From positions 22,307 through 86,306 of the forward strand of contig JAQUYR010000001.1 in assembly GCA_028691715.1 (NCBI GenBank): a DNA stretch of 64,000 bases, read 5' to 3'. The notes beneath the pieces were generated by a model, which was not told the DNA's origin, did not search any database, and saw nothing but the letters and a program-made list of their open reading frames with translations. This DNA is from Bacilli bacterium (lineage in GTDB: Bacteria; Bacillota_I; Bacilli_A; ML615J-28; CAG-698). Position numbers and translations under genes: made by a program. This document shows positions 19,820-30,839 of the stretch, in pieces; position 1 is the stretch's first letter; each line of letters begins with the position of its first letter.

Positions 19820-22168
19820 TTATTCGTTTCTTAAAGCTTCTACTGGAGATTTATAAGAAGCCACTATTGATGGAATCATTCCAGCAATTATTGTTAAAAC
19901 AACACTGCCTATTAATAGCATTACCAGATACTCCGGTTTTGTCTGCACAACATTAAATGTTGTTAATCCAGTTGTTAAAGATGTATTTTCAGCAATTATA
20001 CTCTTAACAAGACTGTCTATTGGATTACTCAACAGATACACCCCAATTATTCCTAGTATTCCAGAAGCCAGACCGATAAGCATCGTCTCAGCATTAAACA
20101 CTCTAGTGATGTCAAGCCTTCTTGCTCCAATGCTCCTCAGTATCCCAATTTCCTTCGTCCTTTCAATTACTGATATATAAGTTATGACTGCAATCATAAT
20201 TGAAGATACCACTAAAGAAATAGAGGCAAAAATGATTAATACTTTTGTCAGAACCGTGACGAATGTTGAAAACTCATTGGTAATTCGACTAGTATAATCG
20301 GAATAATTAACTTTTACATTGGCATCAGGATTATCATACGCCTTGATATAATTGGTTATACTCGTTCTATCATCAAACTTATCCGTATAGATATATAATC
20401 TGTTTATTTTTTTCATTCCATTCAATGTTATTAAGGTGGTTTCATATTGATATGATTTCGTCTGCGTAGAACTTATACCCACACTATCTTCAAATGGCAG
20501 GCCTGTAAAAACACTCTTATCGGTTTTATTAGCTATTTGTTCCTGAACTATTTGAGAGTCGAGAGCATTTTGATAAATCATTTCTGTCAATTTTTTGGTA
20601 TATAAAATACCAGAAGAATATAACTGTGTTGTGGCATTCTTCTCTATTCTCATAATGCCAACAATCTTTAAAGTTGTCTTTGCATTGTTGTATAAATCAG
20701 CATATCCTGATTTCCCTGTTGAATAGTACTTATCATCAACCTTCACATAATAATCATCATTTTCTATTAGTTTGAATTCCTTGCCAATGAATTCTTCAAA
20801 AGTGTATTCTGTTACTTCAGTGTAGTCTATCCCTAAATAATATAGCAGCATAGCACTAATACAGTTATAGCTATCAACAACCAGTGCAATTTCATCCGTC
20901 TCTGTTGGGATTTTGCCCTCTAGTACTGTATATTGCTCATCAACAAATTCAGTGTTATCAGTCATCTCATAGAAATAGGAATCAGTAACCTTTTGATAAG
21001 CTTCACCCTCTTTATACAAAAGATTTAAGCTGACCGAAGTTCCATAACTGATTAAGGTATACCAATCACTAGGCATCAGATCAATATATTCAAAAAACTC
21101 ATCCTCAATAGCATTGTAATGCTCATATTGGGTATTTCCCCGAACTACAGTTATTTTATTATCTGTTGGGAATTCAGTTAGTTTGCTATAAATAGATACT
21201 TCAGGAGAAGTTATCACCGAACTGCTCACCGTTATTGGATAATCACCTAAAGCAACTTTTTGAACATCATCAATATAAATATTTACCCCGTTTGATACCG
21301 ATAAAACTAAACCAACAGCTACGATTCCAATACAACCAGCAATAGTGGTTAACAATGTTCTTGTTATTTTTGATCTCAAGTTCAGAAAAGAAAGCGAAAT
21401 AGCTGTAAAGAATGGCATAGCTGTTTTCTTCTTTTTATCTTTAACATCTCTTTCTTCTTCAACATTTATAGGATTGCTGTCTGCAATTATTCTACCATCT
21501 AAGAGATTTATTTTTCTTGTAGCATACTGCTCAGCTAACTCCTGATTATGAGTTACCATCACCACCAGTCTATCCTTTGCTATTTCTTTTAAAATATCTA
21601 AAACTTGAATTGATGTTGTTGTGTCCAAAGCTCCTGTTGGTTCATCAGCTAATATTATCTGAGGGTTATTGACAATTGCTCTAGCGATAGCAACACGTTG
21701 CATTTGTCCACCGCTCAGTTGATTAGGCCTTTTATTTATCTGATCGATTAATCCAACATCCTCTAAAGCTTTAATTGCCTTTTCACGACACTTTTTCTTA
21801 GAAATCCCAGATAGTGTCAATGATAGTTCAACATTTCCCAATACCGAAAGGTGAGAGATTAGATTAAAACTCTGAAAGACAAAACCGACCCTTGTATTGC
21901 GATAGTTATCCCAATCAGAACTCTTATACATTTTAGTATTCTTACCATCTATATAGAAGTCTCCATCGGTATATCTATCTAGACCCCCAATGATATTTAG
22001 CAATGTTGTTTTACCACAGCCTGATGGCCCTAAAATACTAACAAATTCTTTTTCCCTAAACTTTAAATTGATTTTATCAAGTGCTCTTGAAGATATATTT
22101 CCTACCTTGTAATCTTTAATAATTTCTTTTAATTCAATCATAATATACCTCCAATGATATTTAATCAT
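19820..22168 (-). CDS. ABC transporter ATP-binding/FtsX-permease fusion (MacB-like)
   Basis: 782 aa; N-terminal ABC ATPase (GPSGCGKTT, LSGGQMQR). C-terminal 4-TM FtsX-type domain with large extracytoplasmic region. Confidence 0.8.
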   Translation of the reverse strand: MIKYHWRYIMIELKEIIKDYKVGNISSRALDKINLKFREKEFVSILGPSGCGKTTLLNIIGGLDRYTDGDFYIDGKNTKMYKSSDWDNYRNTRVGFVFQSFNLISHLSVLGNVELSLTLSGISKKKCREKAIKALEDVGLIDQINKRPNQLSGGQMQRVAIARAIVNNPQIILADEPTGALDTTTSIQVLDILKEIAKDRLVVMVTHNQELAEQYATRKINLLDGRIIADSNPINVEEERDVKDKKKKTAMPFFTAISLSFLNLRSKITRTLLTTIAGCIGIVAVGLVLSVSNGVNIYIDDVQKVALGDYPITVSSSVITSPEVSIYSKLTEFPTDNKITVVRGNTQYEHYNAIEDEFFEYIDLMPSDWYTLISYGTSVSLNLLYKEGEAYQKVTDSYFYEMTDNTEFVDEQYTVLEGKIPTETDEIALVVDSYNCISAMLLYYLGIDYTEVTEYTFEEFIGKEFKLIENDDYYVKVDDKYYSTGKSGYADLYNNAKTTLKIVGIMRIEKNATTQLYSSGILYTKKLTEMIYQNALDSQIVQEQIANKTDKSVFTGLPFEDSVGISSTQTKSYQYETTLITLNGMKKINRLYIYTDKFDDRTSITNYIKAYDNPDANVKVNYSDYTSRITNEFSTFVTVLTKVLIIFASISLVVSSIMIAVITYISVIERTKEIGILRSIGARRLDITRVFNAETMLIGLASGILGIIGVYLLSNPIDSLVKSIIAENTSLTTGLTTFNVVQTKPEYLVMLLIGSVVLTIIAGMIPSIVASYKSPVEALRNE

Positions 22169-22244
22169 TATTACATTAAATGTATCTTAACTTTAAATAT
22201 TATACTCTATTTTTCATCTTCTGTCGAGTTTCAATAACTCTAAA

Positions 22245-22287
22245 AATAAAAAGCATCATTTATCTGATTTATTTGATGCTTTTTATT
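22245..22287 (-). terminator. Rho-independent terminator of nrdDG
   Basis: AAAAAGCAUCA...UGAUGCUUUUU 11-bp stem (22248-22284) followed on minus strand by UUUUUAUUUUU; 3 nt after the nrdG stop. Confidence 0.6.
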
Positions 22288-22289
22288 TA

Positions 22290-22784
22290 CTATATATTAA
22301 CAATTACTACTTCTTTTTTTTCATATGTTTTTTTAACATCTATTATTCTCTGATTCGTACTTCCACGATATTTAATATCCAAACTCTTCTTTTCCTCGAC
22401 AAACTCACCATCAACAATCCAGTCAACATTTTCTAAGAGTTGTGATATGTTTGGTATTTTAACAATCTTTTCAAATTCATATCCCGTATACATCATTACA
22501 TTTAGTTTTCTTTCTTTAGCTTTTTTTGCCAGAATTGCACACTTACTCCATTGTAAAATTGGTTCTCCTCCAGAAATGGTAATCCCTGATAACAGTGGAT
22601 TACTATCAACCATCTCCATAATATCATCAATACTCATTTTAAATCCACCATTGATGTCATGAGTTTCTGGATTGTGGCATCCTTTACAAGCATGATAACA
22701 TCCCTGAGTAAATATTGTAAGTCTGAGCCCTGGACCATCAACTATTGAGTCGTTTATTATACCGGCTATTCTAATTAAATCCAT
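22290..22784 (-). CDS. nrdG: Anaerobic ribonucleoside-triphosphate reductase activating protein (radical SAM)
   Basis: 164 aa; CYHACKGCHNP cluster motif typical of NrdG. Overlaps the nrdD stop. Confidence 0.85.
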   Translation of the reverse strand: MDLIRIAGIINDSIVDGPGLRLTIFTQGCYHACKGCHNPETHDINGGFKMSIDDIMEMVDSNPLLSGITISGGEPILQWSKCAILAKKAKERKLNVMMYTGYEFEKIVKIPNISQLLENVDWIVDGEFVEEKKSLDIKYRGSTNQRIIDVKKTYEKKEVVIVNI

Positions 22785-25080
22785 GTTTTACTCTCTCTTT
22801 AACCTCTTGGAATTTAGCATCATTAAAGCGATCCAAGGTTCCAACAAGATATCCCGTTATTCTTCTGATCCTTTCAAACTTGATTTTTCCTTCAGTTCGT
22901 CCACATTTTGGGCAAACATCATTAATTATTCCATTATAACCACAGACAGGATCTCTATCAATTGGATGATTTACTGAACCATAACCGATTTTTTCATCAT
23001 GCATACATCTGATAATTTTTTCAAAAGCTTCAACATTATTAGCGATATCACCATCCACTTCTACATAGGTGATATGTCCAGCATTTGTCAGCTCATTGTA
23101 AGGAGCTTCTTTTTTTATCTTATTGTATATAGAGATATCATAATACACTGGTATATGAAAAGAGTTCGTATAAAATTCTCTATTTGTTACGCCTTCAATA
23201 CTACCATACTTCTTTTTGTCTATTTTAACAAATCTTCCCGATAAGCCTTCAGCTGGAGTAGCTAAAAGAGTGAAGTTCAATTGGTATTTCTCAGTATACT
23301 CATCACATTTCTTTCTCATAAATTTGATTATCTCTAAACCCAATTTTTGTGCTTCATCACTCTCCCCATGATGACATCCAATCAAACATTTTAAGGCCTC
23401 AGCTAGACCAATAAAACCAATCGAGAGTGTTCCGTGTTTTAAAACCTCACGGATTTCATCTCCTGTTTCTAATTTATCGGAATCAAGCCATATTCCCTGA
23501 CCCATTAAAAAGGGAAAATTATAGACCTTTTTTTGGCATTGAATTGCAAATCTCTCTAGAAGTTGATCTTTTACCAGATTCATCAAATATTCTAAGCGTT
23601 TATAGAAATCATCTATATTTCTATTTTCCAAAGCAATTCTTGGCAAGTTTATTGAAGTAAAACTCAGATTTCCTCTTCCACAGGTTATCTCTTTTTCTTT
23701 ATCAACGTTTGCTAGAACCCTTGTTCGACAGCCCATATAAGCAACTTCGCTGTTATAATCCCCTTTTTTATAATATTTTAAATTATATGGAGCATCTATG
23801 AAAGAGAAGTTGGGAAACAATCTCTTCCCCGATGTATAAATAGCTTTTTTAAATAAATCATAATTTATATCTTCTTTATTATAATTTATCCCCTCTTTTA
23901 CCTTAAATATTTGAATGGGAAATATCGGTGTTTCCCCGTCACCAAGCCCTTTTAGAGTTGCTTCAAGAAGACAATCGACTACCATTCTTCCCTCTTCTGA
24001 TGTATCAGTACCATAATTTAAGGAACTAAATGGAACCTGTGCTCCAGCTCGCGAATGCATCGTATTTAGATTATGAATTAGCGCTTCCATTGCTTGAAAA
24101 GTATCATCCCATGTTTCCTCACAAGTGTATTTGATTATTTTAGGATACAAATTTTTGATATCTACTTGGGGATATTCTTTTGATAATTCAACAATCATGA
24201 AATCATCAAAGGTTGGATTTTTTAATCTCAAATCCTCTTTAGAGACCTCTAAAACCTTGTTTATTGTAATCTTAAGATCATCAATGGTAAGATTATCAAC
24301 AAACAAAGAGAGTACTTTATATAAATTTTTCTGATAATTTTTTTTATATGTTTTTCTAACTCCATCAGCCATGGCATAATCAAAATTAGGAATGCTCTGA
24401 CCACCGTGTTGGTCATTTTGATTAGCCTGAATCGCAATACAAGCAAGCGAAGCATAGCTCCTGATACTATTGGGTTCTCTGATATAGCCATCTCCAGTTG
24501 AAAAACCATCCTTAAATAGTTTTATTAAATCCATCTGACAACATGTCATTGTTAAAGAATAGAAATCGAGATCGTGGATATGGATATCGCCATTGATATG
24601 GGCTTTAGAAAAAGCAGGGTTAATCACTTCTTGTAAATAGAACTCCTTTGCTGATTCACTACCATATTTTAACATGGTTCCCATAGCGGTATTCCCATCA
24701 ATATTAGCATTTTCTCTTAAAACATTGCTCTCTTTAGAATCACTAAAGGTTATTTCTCTGAGAGTCTTCATCAGTCTTGTTTTCGAATCACGAATCCTCG
24801 TTCTTTCTGCCCGATATAAAATATATTCTTTGGCAATATCAGAATGATTTTCCATAATCAAAGTTTTTTCGATTTCATCCTGAATCTGTTCAACTGTTGG
24901 GATTGTTTCTCCATATTTCTGATCTAAAATATGAATTACCTTATCCGTTATTTCCTCAGAAACTTTATTTGTTTCAAAAGTTGTTTTATTAACAACTTCG
25001 CTGGCCTTCTTGATGGCATTGAATATTTTATTCTGGTCAAATAAAACCTTTCTTCCATCTCTTTTAACAATGTACTTCAT
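22771..25080 (-). CDS. nrdD: Anaerobic ribonucleoside-triphosphate reductase (class III)
   Basis: 769 aa; N-terminal ATP-cone (VKRDGRKVLFDQNKI), C-terminal glycyl-radical region and Zn-ribbon CPKCG. RBS GGAGG 6 nt upstream. Confidence 0.9.
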   Translation of the reverse strand: MKYIVKRDGRKVLFDQNKIFNAIKKASEVVNKTTFETNKVSEEITDKVIHILDQKYGETIPTVEQIQDEIEKTLIMENHSDIAKEYILYRAERTRIRDSKTRLMKTLREITFSDSKESNVLRENANIDGNTAMGTMLKYGSESAKEFYLQEVINPAFSKAHINGDIHIHDLDFYSLTMTCCQMDLIKLFKDGFSTGDGYIREPNSIRSYASLACIAIQANQNDQHGGQSIPNFDYAMADGVRKTYKKNYQKNLYKVLSLFVDNLTIDDLKITINKVLEVSKEDLRLKNPTFDDFMIVELSKEYPQVDIKNLYPKIIKYTCEETWDDTFQAMEALIHNLNTMHSRAGAQVPFSSLNYGTDTSEEGRMVVDCLLEATLKGLGDGETPIFPIQIFKVKEGINYNKEDINYDLFKKAIYTSGKRLFPNFSFIDAPYNLKYYKKGDYNSEVAYMGCRTRVLANVDKEKEITCGRGNLSFTSINLPRIALENRNIDDFYKRLEYLMNLVKDQLLERFAIQCQKKVYNFPFLMGQGIWLDSDKLETGDEIREVLKHGTLSIGFIGLAEALKCLIGCHHGESDEAQKLGLEIIKFMRKKCDEYTEKYQLNFTLLATPAEGLSGRFVKIDKKKYGSIEGVTNREFYTNSFHIPVYYDISIYNKIKKEAPYNELTNAGHITYVEVDGDIANNVEAFEKIIRCMHDEKIGYGSVNHPIDRDPVCGYNGIINDVCPKCGRTEGKIKFERIRRITGYLVGTLDRFNDAKFQEVKERVKHGFN

Positions 25081-25085
25081 TTCAT

Positions 25086-25125
25086 ACCTCCATAAAAAAA
25101 ATTCTAATTAAAAAACTAGAATCTT
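25086..25125 (-). terminator. Putative expression-platform terminator between riboswitch aptamer and nrdD RBS
   Basis: Minus strand AGAUUCUAG-uuuuuuaa-UUAGAAU followed by U8, directly abutting the GGAGG RBS. AT-rich weak stem. Confidence 0.4.
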
Positions 25126-25199
25126 AAAAATGCGAAAATAGTATAAAAATATTCTCGTATTTCTCAAATCCCAGGAGAAATTAAATAATTTCTTTTAAA

Positions 25200-25335
25200 A
25201 GGCAAGTCTACCGGCTTAATTTCATTTTACTCACCAGCCTTCCCATAGTTTCCTACAGTGGCGTAAATTGGTTTTCATCGATAACACGGTTGCTGGGACA
25301 GCTTAGGCCTGATACCTAATTCCTTTTTAAACAAA
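25200..25335 (-). promoter_or_regulatory. Cobalamin (B12) riboswitch aptamer in the nrdDG leader
   Basis: Minus strand reads ...CGCCACUGU (B12 box; plus ~25255-25263) ...GGGAAGGCUGGUGAG... AAGCCGGUAGACUUGCC (3' end; plus 25201-25217). The 3' end matches the canonical AAGCCAGGAGACCUGCC. The segment is distinctly GC-richer than flanking DNA. Confidence 0.55.
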
Positions 25336-25421
25336 AGTCAGTTAATCTAATCTTTTGTACCTTTTATGCCATTATATGCTTACTATTGCCTCAAGTCAAT
25401 ATGAAAACATATTTACATTTT

Positions 25422-25460
25422 CCAAATTAAAAGGTTGCTTAGCAATTTCTGCTAGCAACC
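25422..25460 (-). terminator. Rho-independent terminator of the ribosomal alpha operon (after rplQ)
   Basis: Minus strand GGUUGCUAGCAGAAAUUGCUAAGCAACC hairpin followed by UUUUAAUUU; ~9 nt after the rplQ stop. Confidence 0.65.
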
Positions 25461-25468
25461 CATATGTT

Positions 25469-25831
25469 TTAAACGAATTCTATAATCGCCATAGATGCAG
25501 AATCTCCGCGTCTAGGACCTGTTTTTAATACTCTTGTATATCCGCCTTTTCTGTCTTGATATTTTGGAGCAATTTCTGAGAATAGTTTTTGAACTGCATA
25601 TTCCTTCTCATTTGCCATTTCAAATCTAACAAGCTCAGCAGCTTGGCATCTTGCAGCTAAAGTACCTTTTTTACCAAGAGTAACCATTTTATCGGCCAAT
25701 CTTTGTAGTTCTTTAGCTTTATAAAGAGTAGTTTCAATACGTTCATTAATTATAAGATCGGTAATTAAATCTCTAAGTAAAGCCTTACGTTGAGCAGAAT
25801 TACGACCTAATCTTCGATAACCTAATGACAT
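25469..25831 (-). CDS. rplQ: 50S ribosomal protein L17
   Basis: 120 aa; [22 protein letters not shown] typical bL17. Last gene of alpha operon. Confidence 0.93.
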   Translation of the reverse strand: MSLGYRRLGRNSAQRKALLRDLITDLIINERIETTLYKAKELQRLADKMVTLGKKGTLAARCQAAELVRFEMANEKEYAVQKLFSEIAPKYQDRKGGYTRVLKTGPRRGDSASMAIIEFV

Positions 25832-25860
25832 TAATTTAGTCCTCCCTTTGGTTTTTTTGA

Positions 25861-26937
25861 CTAGAAAATATCATCATCAGATGAAATATCATCATCGTCT
25901 TTTTCGATATCTTCATTGTCTAAGTAACTAGTATCAGCATCATAAGTACGGCGTAAATCTAAACCTATTTCTCGAAGTTTTTGAACAACTTCTTTTAGTG
26001 ATTTACGGCCTAGGTTTCTTACTCTCATCATTTCTTCTTCATTCTTTTGAGTAAGATCACCAACAGTATTAATGCCAGCACGTTTTAAGCAATTGTAAGA
26101 ACGAACCGATAAATCTAGTTCTTCAATCTTCTTTTCAAATTTCTTGTTAGAAACTTTTTCTTCTCGTTCATACATATATTGTTCTTGAACAACAATCTCG
26201 TTCAAGTGTGATACAACTTCAAAATGCTCTAGTAAAAACTTAGAAGCCAGTGAAATAGCATCAGCTGGTTTAATGGAATTGTTTGTCCAAACTTCCATTG
26301 TAAGCTTGTCAAAATCAACATCTTCATCAACCCTGGTTTTTTCAGAAATATATTTAACTTTTGTGATTGGTGTATATATTGAATCGATAGCAATTCGTGT
26401 AGTTATGATATTTCCACTCTTGTCTTTACAAAAGATTTTATTTTCATCAGCACTAACATATCCAACACCTCTTCTCGCATAGAATCTAGCCTTAAATTTT
26501 CCGCCTTTTTCTAATGTAGCAATAACTTGTTTTGGATTTACTATCTTTAATTCACTACTGCACTCTAAATCTCCAGCAGTTACAACTCTTTCTCCTTCCA
26601 CATTAACGCTAAGTTCGTATAGATCTTGAACATCCTGTGGCATTGATTTAAATAATTTATCCTCATCTATAGAGATGATTACATTTTTTAAATTTAATAT
26701 TATTTCTGTTACGTCTTCTAGAAATCCACTTAAAGCCATGAATTCATGTGCAACCCCTTCAACATCCATAGCTACAATTGCCACCCCTGGCATAGATGAT
26801 AGCAATACACGCCTAAGTGCATTACCCAAAGTAATTCCATATCCTCTTTCTAATGGAGAGATAATGAATTTACCATAATTCTCTGAATCGCTTGATTCAG
26901 CAGTGGTTTGAGGTTTAATAAATTCGAATTTTCTCAT
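25861..26937 (-). CDS. rpoA: DNA-directed RNA polymerase subunit alpha (with ~30-aa acidic C-terminal extension)
   Basis: 358 aa; alpha NTD and CTD conserved. Ends ...[19 protein letters not shown]. Confidence 0.93.
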   Translation of the reverse strand: MRKFEFIKPQTTAESSDSENYGKFIISPLERGYGITLGNALRRVLLSSMPGVAIVAMDVEGVAHEFMALSGFLEDVTEIILNLKNVIISIDEDKLFKSMPQDVQDLYELSVNVEGERVVTAGDLECSSELKIVNPKQVIATLEKGGKFKARFYARRGVGYVSADENKIFCKDKSGNIITTRIAIDSIYTPITKVKYISEKTRVDEDVDFDKLTMEVWTNNSIKPADAISLASKFLLEHFEVVSHLNEIVVQEQYMYEREEKVSNKKFEKKIEELDLSVRSYNCLKRAGINTVGDLTQKNEEEMMRVRNLGRKSLKEVVQKLREIGLDLRRTYDADTSYLDNEDIEKDDDDISSDDDIF

Positions 26938-26969
26938 TCGTTCCTCCTTTAAATTTTAATTGTATATTT

Positions 26970-27353
26970 CTATCCTCTAGGTTGTTTAGGTGGACGACAG
27001 CCATTATGTGGTACTGGAGTAACATCTTTAATTGATGTAATTTCAAGTCCAGCAACTTGTAGTGATCTAATAGCAGCCTCACGCCCAGGACCTGGGCCCT
27101 TAACAGAAACTTCAACTTTAATCATTCCGCTATCTAAAGCAGCCTTTGCACAAGCTTCTGATGCTTGTGATGCAGCAAACGGAGTTGATTTTTTACTACC
27201 TTTAAAGCCAAGTGCTCCAGCACTGCTCCAAGCAATGGCATTACCAACTGTATCAGTAATGGTAATGATTGTATTATTAAAAGTAGAATGAATATGCGCT
27301 ACTCCATTGGGAATATTCTTTTTAACTTTACGTTTACGAATTTTACGAGCCAT
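26970..27353 (-). CDS. rpsK: 30S ribosomal protein S11
   Basis: 127 aa; [18 protein letters not shown] typical uS11. Confidence 0.93.
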   Translation of the reverse strand: MARKIRKRKVKKNIPNGVAHIHSTFNNTIITITDTVGNAIAWSSAGALGFKGSKKSTPFAASQASEACAKAALDSGMIKVEVSVKGPGPGREAAIRSLQVAGLEITSIKDVTPVPHNGCRPPKQPRG

Positions 27354-27365
27354 TATTCTACCCTC

Positions 27366-27731
27366 CTATTTCTTCTTATTAGCTACAGTTTTTACTTTAC
27401 CTTTACGAGTACGAGCATTACATCTAGTATTTTGTCCTCTTACTGGTAATCCTTTACGGTGACGGATTCCTCTGTAGCATCCAATTTCCATCAATCTCTT
27501 AATATTCATAGCAACTTCTCGACGTAAATCACCTTCAACTTTTAGTGAGGCTATCTCACGTCTAATTGCTGCTAGTTCTTCTTCACTTAAATTTTTTACG
27601 CGTTTGTTTTCATCAACGCCAGCCTTTTGTAATACTTCAATAGCTGTTGGTTTTCCAATTCCATAAATGTATGTTAGCGAAATTACTACTCGCTTGTCAC
27701 GTGGAATGTCAACACCAGAAATACGTGCCAT
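27366..27731 (-). CDS. rpsM: 30S ribosomal protein S13
   Basis: 121 aa; [15 protein letters not shown] typical uS13. AGGAGG RBS. Confidence 0.93.
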   Translation of the reverse strand: MARISGVDIPRDKRVVISLTYIYGIGKPTAIEVLQKAGVDENKRVKNLSEEELAAIRREIASLKVEGDLRREVAMNIKRLMEIGCYRGIRHRKGLPVRGQNTRCNARTRKGKVKTVANKKK

Positions 27732-27746
27732 ATTTGCACCTCCTAA

Positions 27747-27860
27747 TTATCCTTGTCTTTGTTTGTGTTTTGGATTTTTACAAATAACCATAACTTTTCC
27801 GTTACGTTTAATTACTTTACATTGATCACACATTGGTTTTACTGATGGTCTAACCTTCAT
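27747..27860 (-). CDS. rpmJ: 50S ribosomal protein L36 (not in ORF track; 37 aa)
   Basis: Reverse translation gives [37 protein letters not shown], canonical bL36 with C-x2-C...C-x4-H zinc ribbon. Between infA and rpsM as expected. Confidence 0.9.
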   Translation of the reverse strand: MKVRPSVKPMCDQCKVIKRNGKVMVICKNPKHKQRQG

Positions 27861-27915
27861 TTAAATTCCTCCTTAAATCGTCCCTTCCGGAACTGGGTTT
27901 GAATTGATATATTAC

Positions 27916-28134
27916 TTATTTGTGTCGATAAGTAATACGGCCACGTGTTAAGTCGTATGGTGATAGTTCTACAGTTACTCTATCACCTGGTAAAATGAAT
28001 ATGAAGTTCATACGGATTTTACCAGAAACGTGGGCAATTATTTGATGTCCATTATCCAATTTTACTCTAAAAATAGAATTTGGTAAGGACTCAGTAACTG
28101 TACCTTTTAGTTCTATTACATCACTTTTCGACAT
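27916..28134 (-). CDS. infA: Translation initiation factor IF-1
   Basis: ORF track begins at an upstream ATG (28152). Internal ATG at 28134 ([13 protein letters not shown]...) has GGAGG 8 nt upstream and gives the usual 72-aa IF-1. Confidence 0.9.
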   Translation of the reverse strand: MSKSDVIELKGTVTESLPNSIFRVKLDNGHQIIAHVSGKIRMNFIFILPGDRVTVELSPYDLTRGRITYRHK

Positions 28135-28906
28135 TGGCAATGCCTCCTTCAATCGTTAATATTTCATATCCTTGTTCAGTGATAACAATGGAATGTTCAA
28201 AATGAGCACTATCGCTTCCATCGGCTGTTACAGTTGTCCAATCATCTTTTAAAATTCTGACATCAGATTTTCCTGTGTTTACCATTGGTTCAATAGCTAA
28301 AGTCATTCCTACTCTTAATACAGGTCCATGACCTGCAGGTCCATAATTAGGAATCATTGGATCCTCATGTAAATCTCTGCCAACGCCATGACCTGTAAAG
28401 TCTTTAACGACACTAAAGCCATTAGCTAGAACATATTCTTCAATTGCATGAGAAATATCGGATAAACGATTTTGGGGTTTAGCAAATTCTAAGCCTCTAT
28501 AAAGAGATTCTTTTGTTACTTCAAGAAGTTTCTTTCTAGATTGGCTTATCTCACCAACACCATGAGTCATAGCGCTATCACCATGGTAACCTTTATAATT
28601 AGCTCCGATGTCGATAGCGATAATATCACCGCTTTTTAATTTAATTTTTTCACTTGGGATACCATGAATGACAACATTATTTATTGAAGCGCAAATAGAT
28701 CCAGGAAAATCACCATATCCTTTGAATGATGGTGTTGCTCCTGCTGCTCTAATTACATCCTCAGCAATCTTATCGAGTTGGGCAGTAGAAACCCCTGGAG
28801 CTATTGCTTCTTTTACTGCTCTGTGAGCATGAGCAACAATTCTTCCCGCTTCTTTCATCAACTCTATTTCACGATTACTCTTAATTAAAATCATCAATGC
28901 CTCCAA
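28121..28906 (-). CDS. map: Type I methionine aminopeptidase
   Basis: 261 aa; metal ligands in D..D..H..E..E arrangement ([14 protein letters not shown]...HGVG...). Between adk and infA. Confidence 0.9.
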   Translation of the reverse strand: MEALMILIKSNREIELMKEAGRIVAHAHRAVKEAIAPGVSTAQLDKIAEDVIRAAGATPSFKGYGDFPGSICASINNVVIHGIPSEKIKLKSGDIIAIDIGANYKGYHGDSAMTHGVGEISQSRKKLLEVTKESLYRGLEFAKPQNRLSDISHAIEEYVLANGFSVVKDFTGHGVGRDLHEDPMIPNYGPAGHGPVLRVGMTLAIEPMVNTGKSDVRILKDDWTTVTADGSDSAHFEHSIVITEQGYEILTIEGGIANVEK

Positions 28907-29540
28907 GAAGATTTTTTACCTTCTCAAATATTTTTTCGATATCACCAAAGCCATCTACACTTTTTACCAGCCCCTGATTATTATAATAATCCATAACTGG
29001 TTCTGTTTGTAAATGATAAACGTTTAATCTGTTTTTAATAGTTTCTTCAGTATCATCAACTCTTTGAATTAAAGTCCCACCACACAAATCGCAAATACCT
29101 TCAACTTTAGGTTTTTTGTTAGTCATGTGATAGCTCTCTTTACATTTTGAACAAGTTCTTCTACCGACAATTCTCTCTATTAAAATTCTGTCATCAATAT
29201 CAACGTTTAAAACAGCGTCTAATTTGATTTCTAGATTTTTTAACATCTGATCTAGTGCTTTCGCCTGAGCTATTGTTCTAGGGAAGCCATCTAAAAGAAA
29301 ACCATTTTTGCAGTCGTCCTTAAGAAGTCTTTCCCTAACTAGTTCAATAGTCACGCTGTCAGGGACTAAATCACCTTTATCAATATAGCTTTTTGCCTCT
29401 AAACCTACTTTTGTTTGTTTAGAGATTGCTTCTCTAAACATATCACCAGTAGAAATATGAGGTATTTTATAATAGTCTTTAATTAATGCAGCTTGAGTGC
29501 CTTTACCAGCCCCCGGAGCTCCCATTATTAATAAACGCAT
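28881..29540 (-). CDS. adk: Adenylate kinase
   Basis: Internal ATG at 29540 ([17 protein letters not shown]) with AGGAG RBS. ORF-track start 29558 runs through the RBS. LID domain has a Cys4 zinc knuckle (CSKC...CDLC). Confidence 0.9.
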   Translation of the reverse strand: MRLLIMGAPGAGKGTQAALIKDYYKIPHISTGDMFREAISKQTKVGLEAKSYIDKGDLVPDSVTIELVRERLLKDDCKNGFLLDGFPRTIAQAKALDQMLKNLEIKLDAVLNVDIDDRILIERIVGRRTCSKCKESYHMTNKKPKVEGICDLCGGTLIQRVDDTEETIKNRLNVYHLQTEPVMDYYNNQGLVKSVDGFGDIEKIFEKVKNLLGGIDDFN

Positions 29541-29550
29541 AATCTCTCTC

Positions 29551-30837
29551 CTAGTCAATAAAGCCGCGATATTGCTTTTCTTGGCTTTGAGTCTTTATTT
29601 GTTTAGCAGTTTCAATAGCAACACCTACAACGATGATTAAACTTGTTCCACCAACTCTAACTGAAGATGGTAGGTCAAAGATATTCGAAATGACAATTGG
29701 TAAGGCAGCAACGAATGCTAAATATGTTGCACCAACCATCGTGATTTTGAATAACACTCTTGAAATATAGGATGCAGTTTCATCACCAGGTCTGATACCA
29801 GGAATATAGGCATTTTGTTTTTGTAAATTTTCTGACATCTTCTCTGGATCCATTTGCAAGAACGCATAGAAGAAAGAGAACACAAAAATTAAAACGATAT
29901 ATAGTACAAATCCTATTGGTTCATCAGTCGAAAAGATATTATTTATCCATGTTTTCGCAGTTGAAGCCGATAAGAAATTTGAAATTGTTGTTGGTAAACT
30001 CATCAATGTTGAGGCAAAGATAACGGGAATAACGTTTGCTGAATTCAATTTAATTGGAACGTTAGAATCACTTTTACCTCTAAAAGATGCTGTTGCCGGT
30101 CTGTTTGCATATTGAATAGGAATTTTTCTTTGAGCGGTTTCCATAAAGATAACACCGATAATAATAACGATCATTAGTATTATAACGCCGAAGAAAATGA
30201 AAATATTTCCTATTTTTTCGCCACCAGAGATTATATATGTTTGAATTAAATCATTGATCATATCAGGGAAACTAGCAATAATACCAGCAACGATAATCAT
30301 AGAAGTTCCGTTACCAACACCTTTTTGAGTAATTCTTTCAGCAATCCATAAAACAAACGCTGTACCAGCAGTCATTACCACTGATAAGTATATATATGTA
30401 AGTGGTGTTATAGGAGTTCCAGGACCAAACAAAGCATTATTATATGATACTGAAATACCAATAGTCAATGTCATCGCTTGTACGAAGGCTAGACCTAAGG
30501 CAACATATCTTGTCAATTGGTTTAATTTTTCTTTACCAATTTCTCCCTCATCAGCCCATTCTTTTAAAACAGGAACGATATCCATTTGTAATAATTGGAT
30601 AACGATTGATGATGTGATATAAGGAGTTATACCTAATGCTACAATTGAGAAATTAGATAAGGCTCCACCACTGAAGACATCTAAGAAACCAAACATTGAT
30701 TCTCCAGAAGAGAACAATTGTTTTACATACTCTATTTTAACAAATGGTACTTGAATAAAATAACCAAAACGATATATGAAAAGAAATAATGCAGTAAATA
30801 ATAAGCTAATCCATATTTTTTTATTTTTGATTGCCAT
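29551..30837 (-). CDS. secY: Preprotein translocase subunit SecY
   Basis: 428 aa, 10 TM segments, conserved SecY plug and hinge regions. Between rplO and adk. Confidence 0.9.
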   Translation of the reverse strand: MAIKNKKIWISLLFTALFLFIYRFGYFIQVPFVKIEYVKQLFSSGESMFGFLDVFSGGALSNFSIVALGITPYITSSIVIQLLQMDIVPVLKEWADEGEIGKEKLNQLTRYVALGLAFVQAMTLTIGISVSYNNALFGPGTPITPLTYIYLSVVMTAGTAFVLWIAERITQKGVGNGTSMIIVAGIIASFPDMINDLIQTYIISGGEKIGNIFIFFGVIILMIVIIIGVIFMETAQRKIPIQYANRPATASFRGKSDSNVPIKLNSANVIPVIFASTLMSLPTTISNFLSASTAKTWINNIFSTDEPIGFVLYIVLIFVFSFFYAFLQMDPEKMSENLQKQNAYIPGIRPGDETASYISRVLFKITMVGATYLAFVAALPIVISNIFDLPSSVRVGGTSLIIVVGVAIETAKQIKTQSQEKQYRGFID

Positions 30838-30839
30838 AT

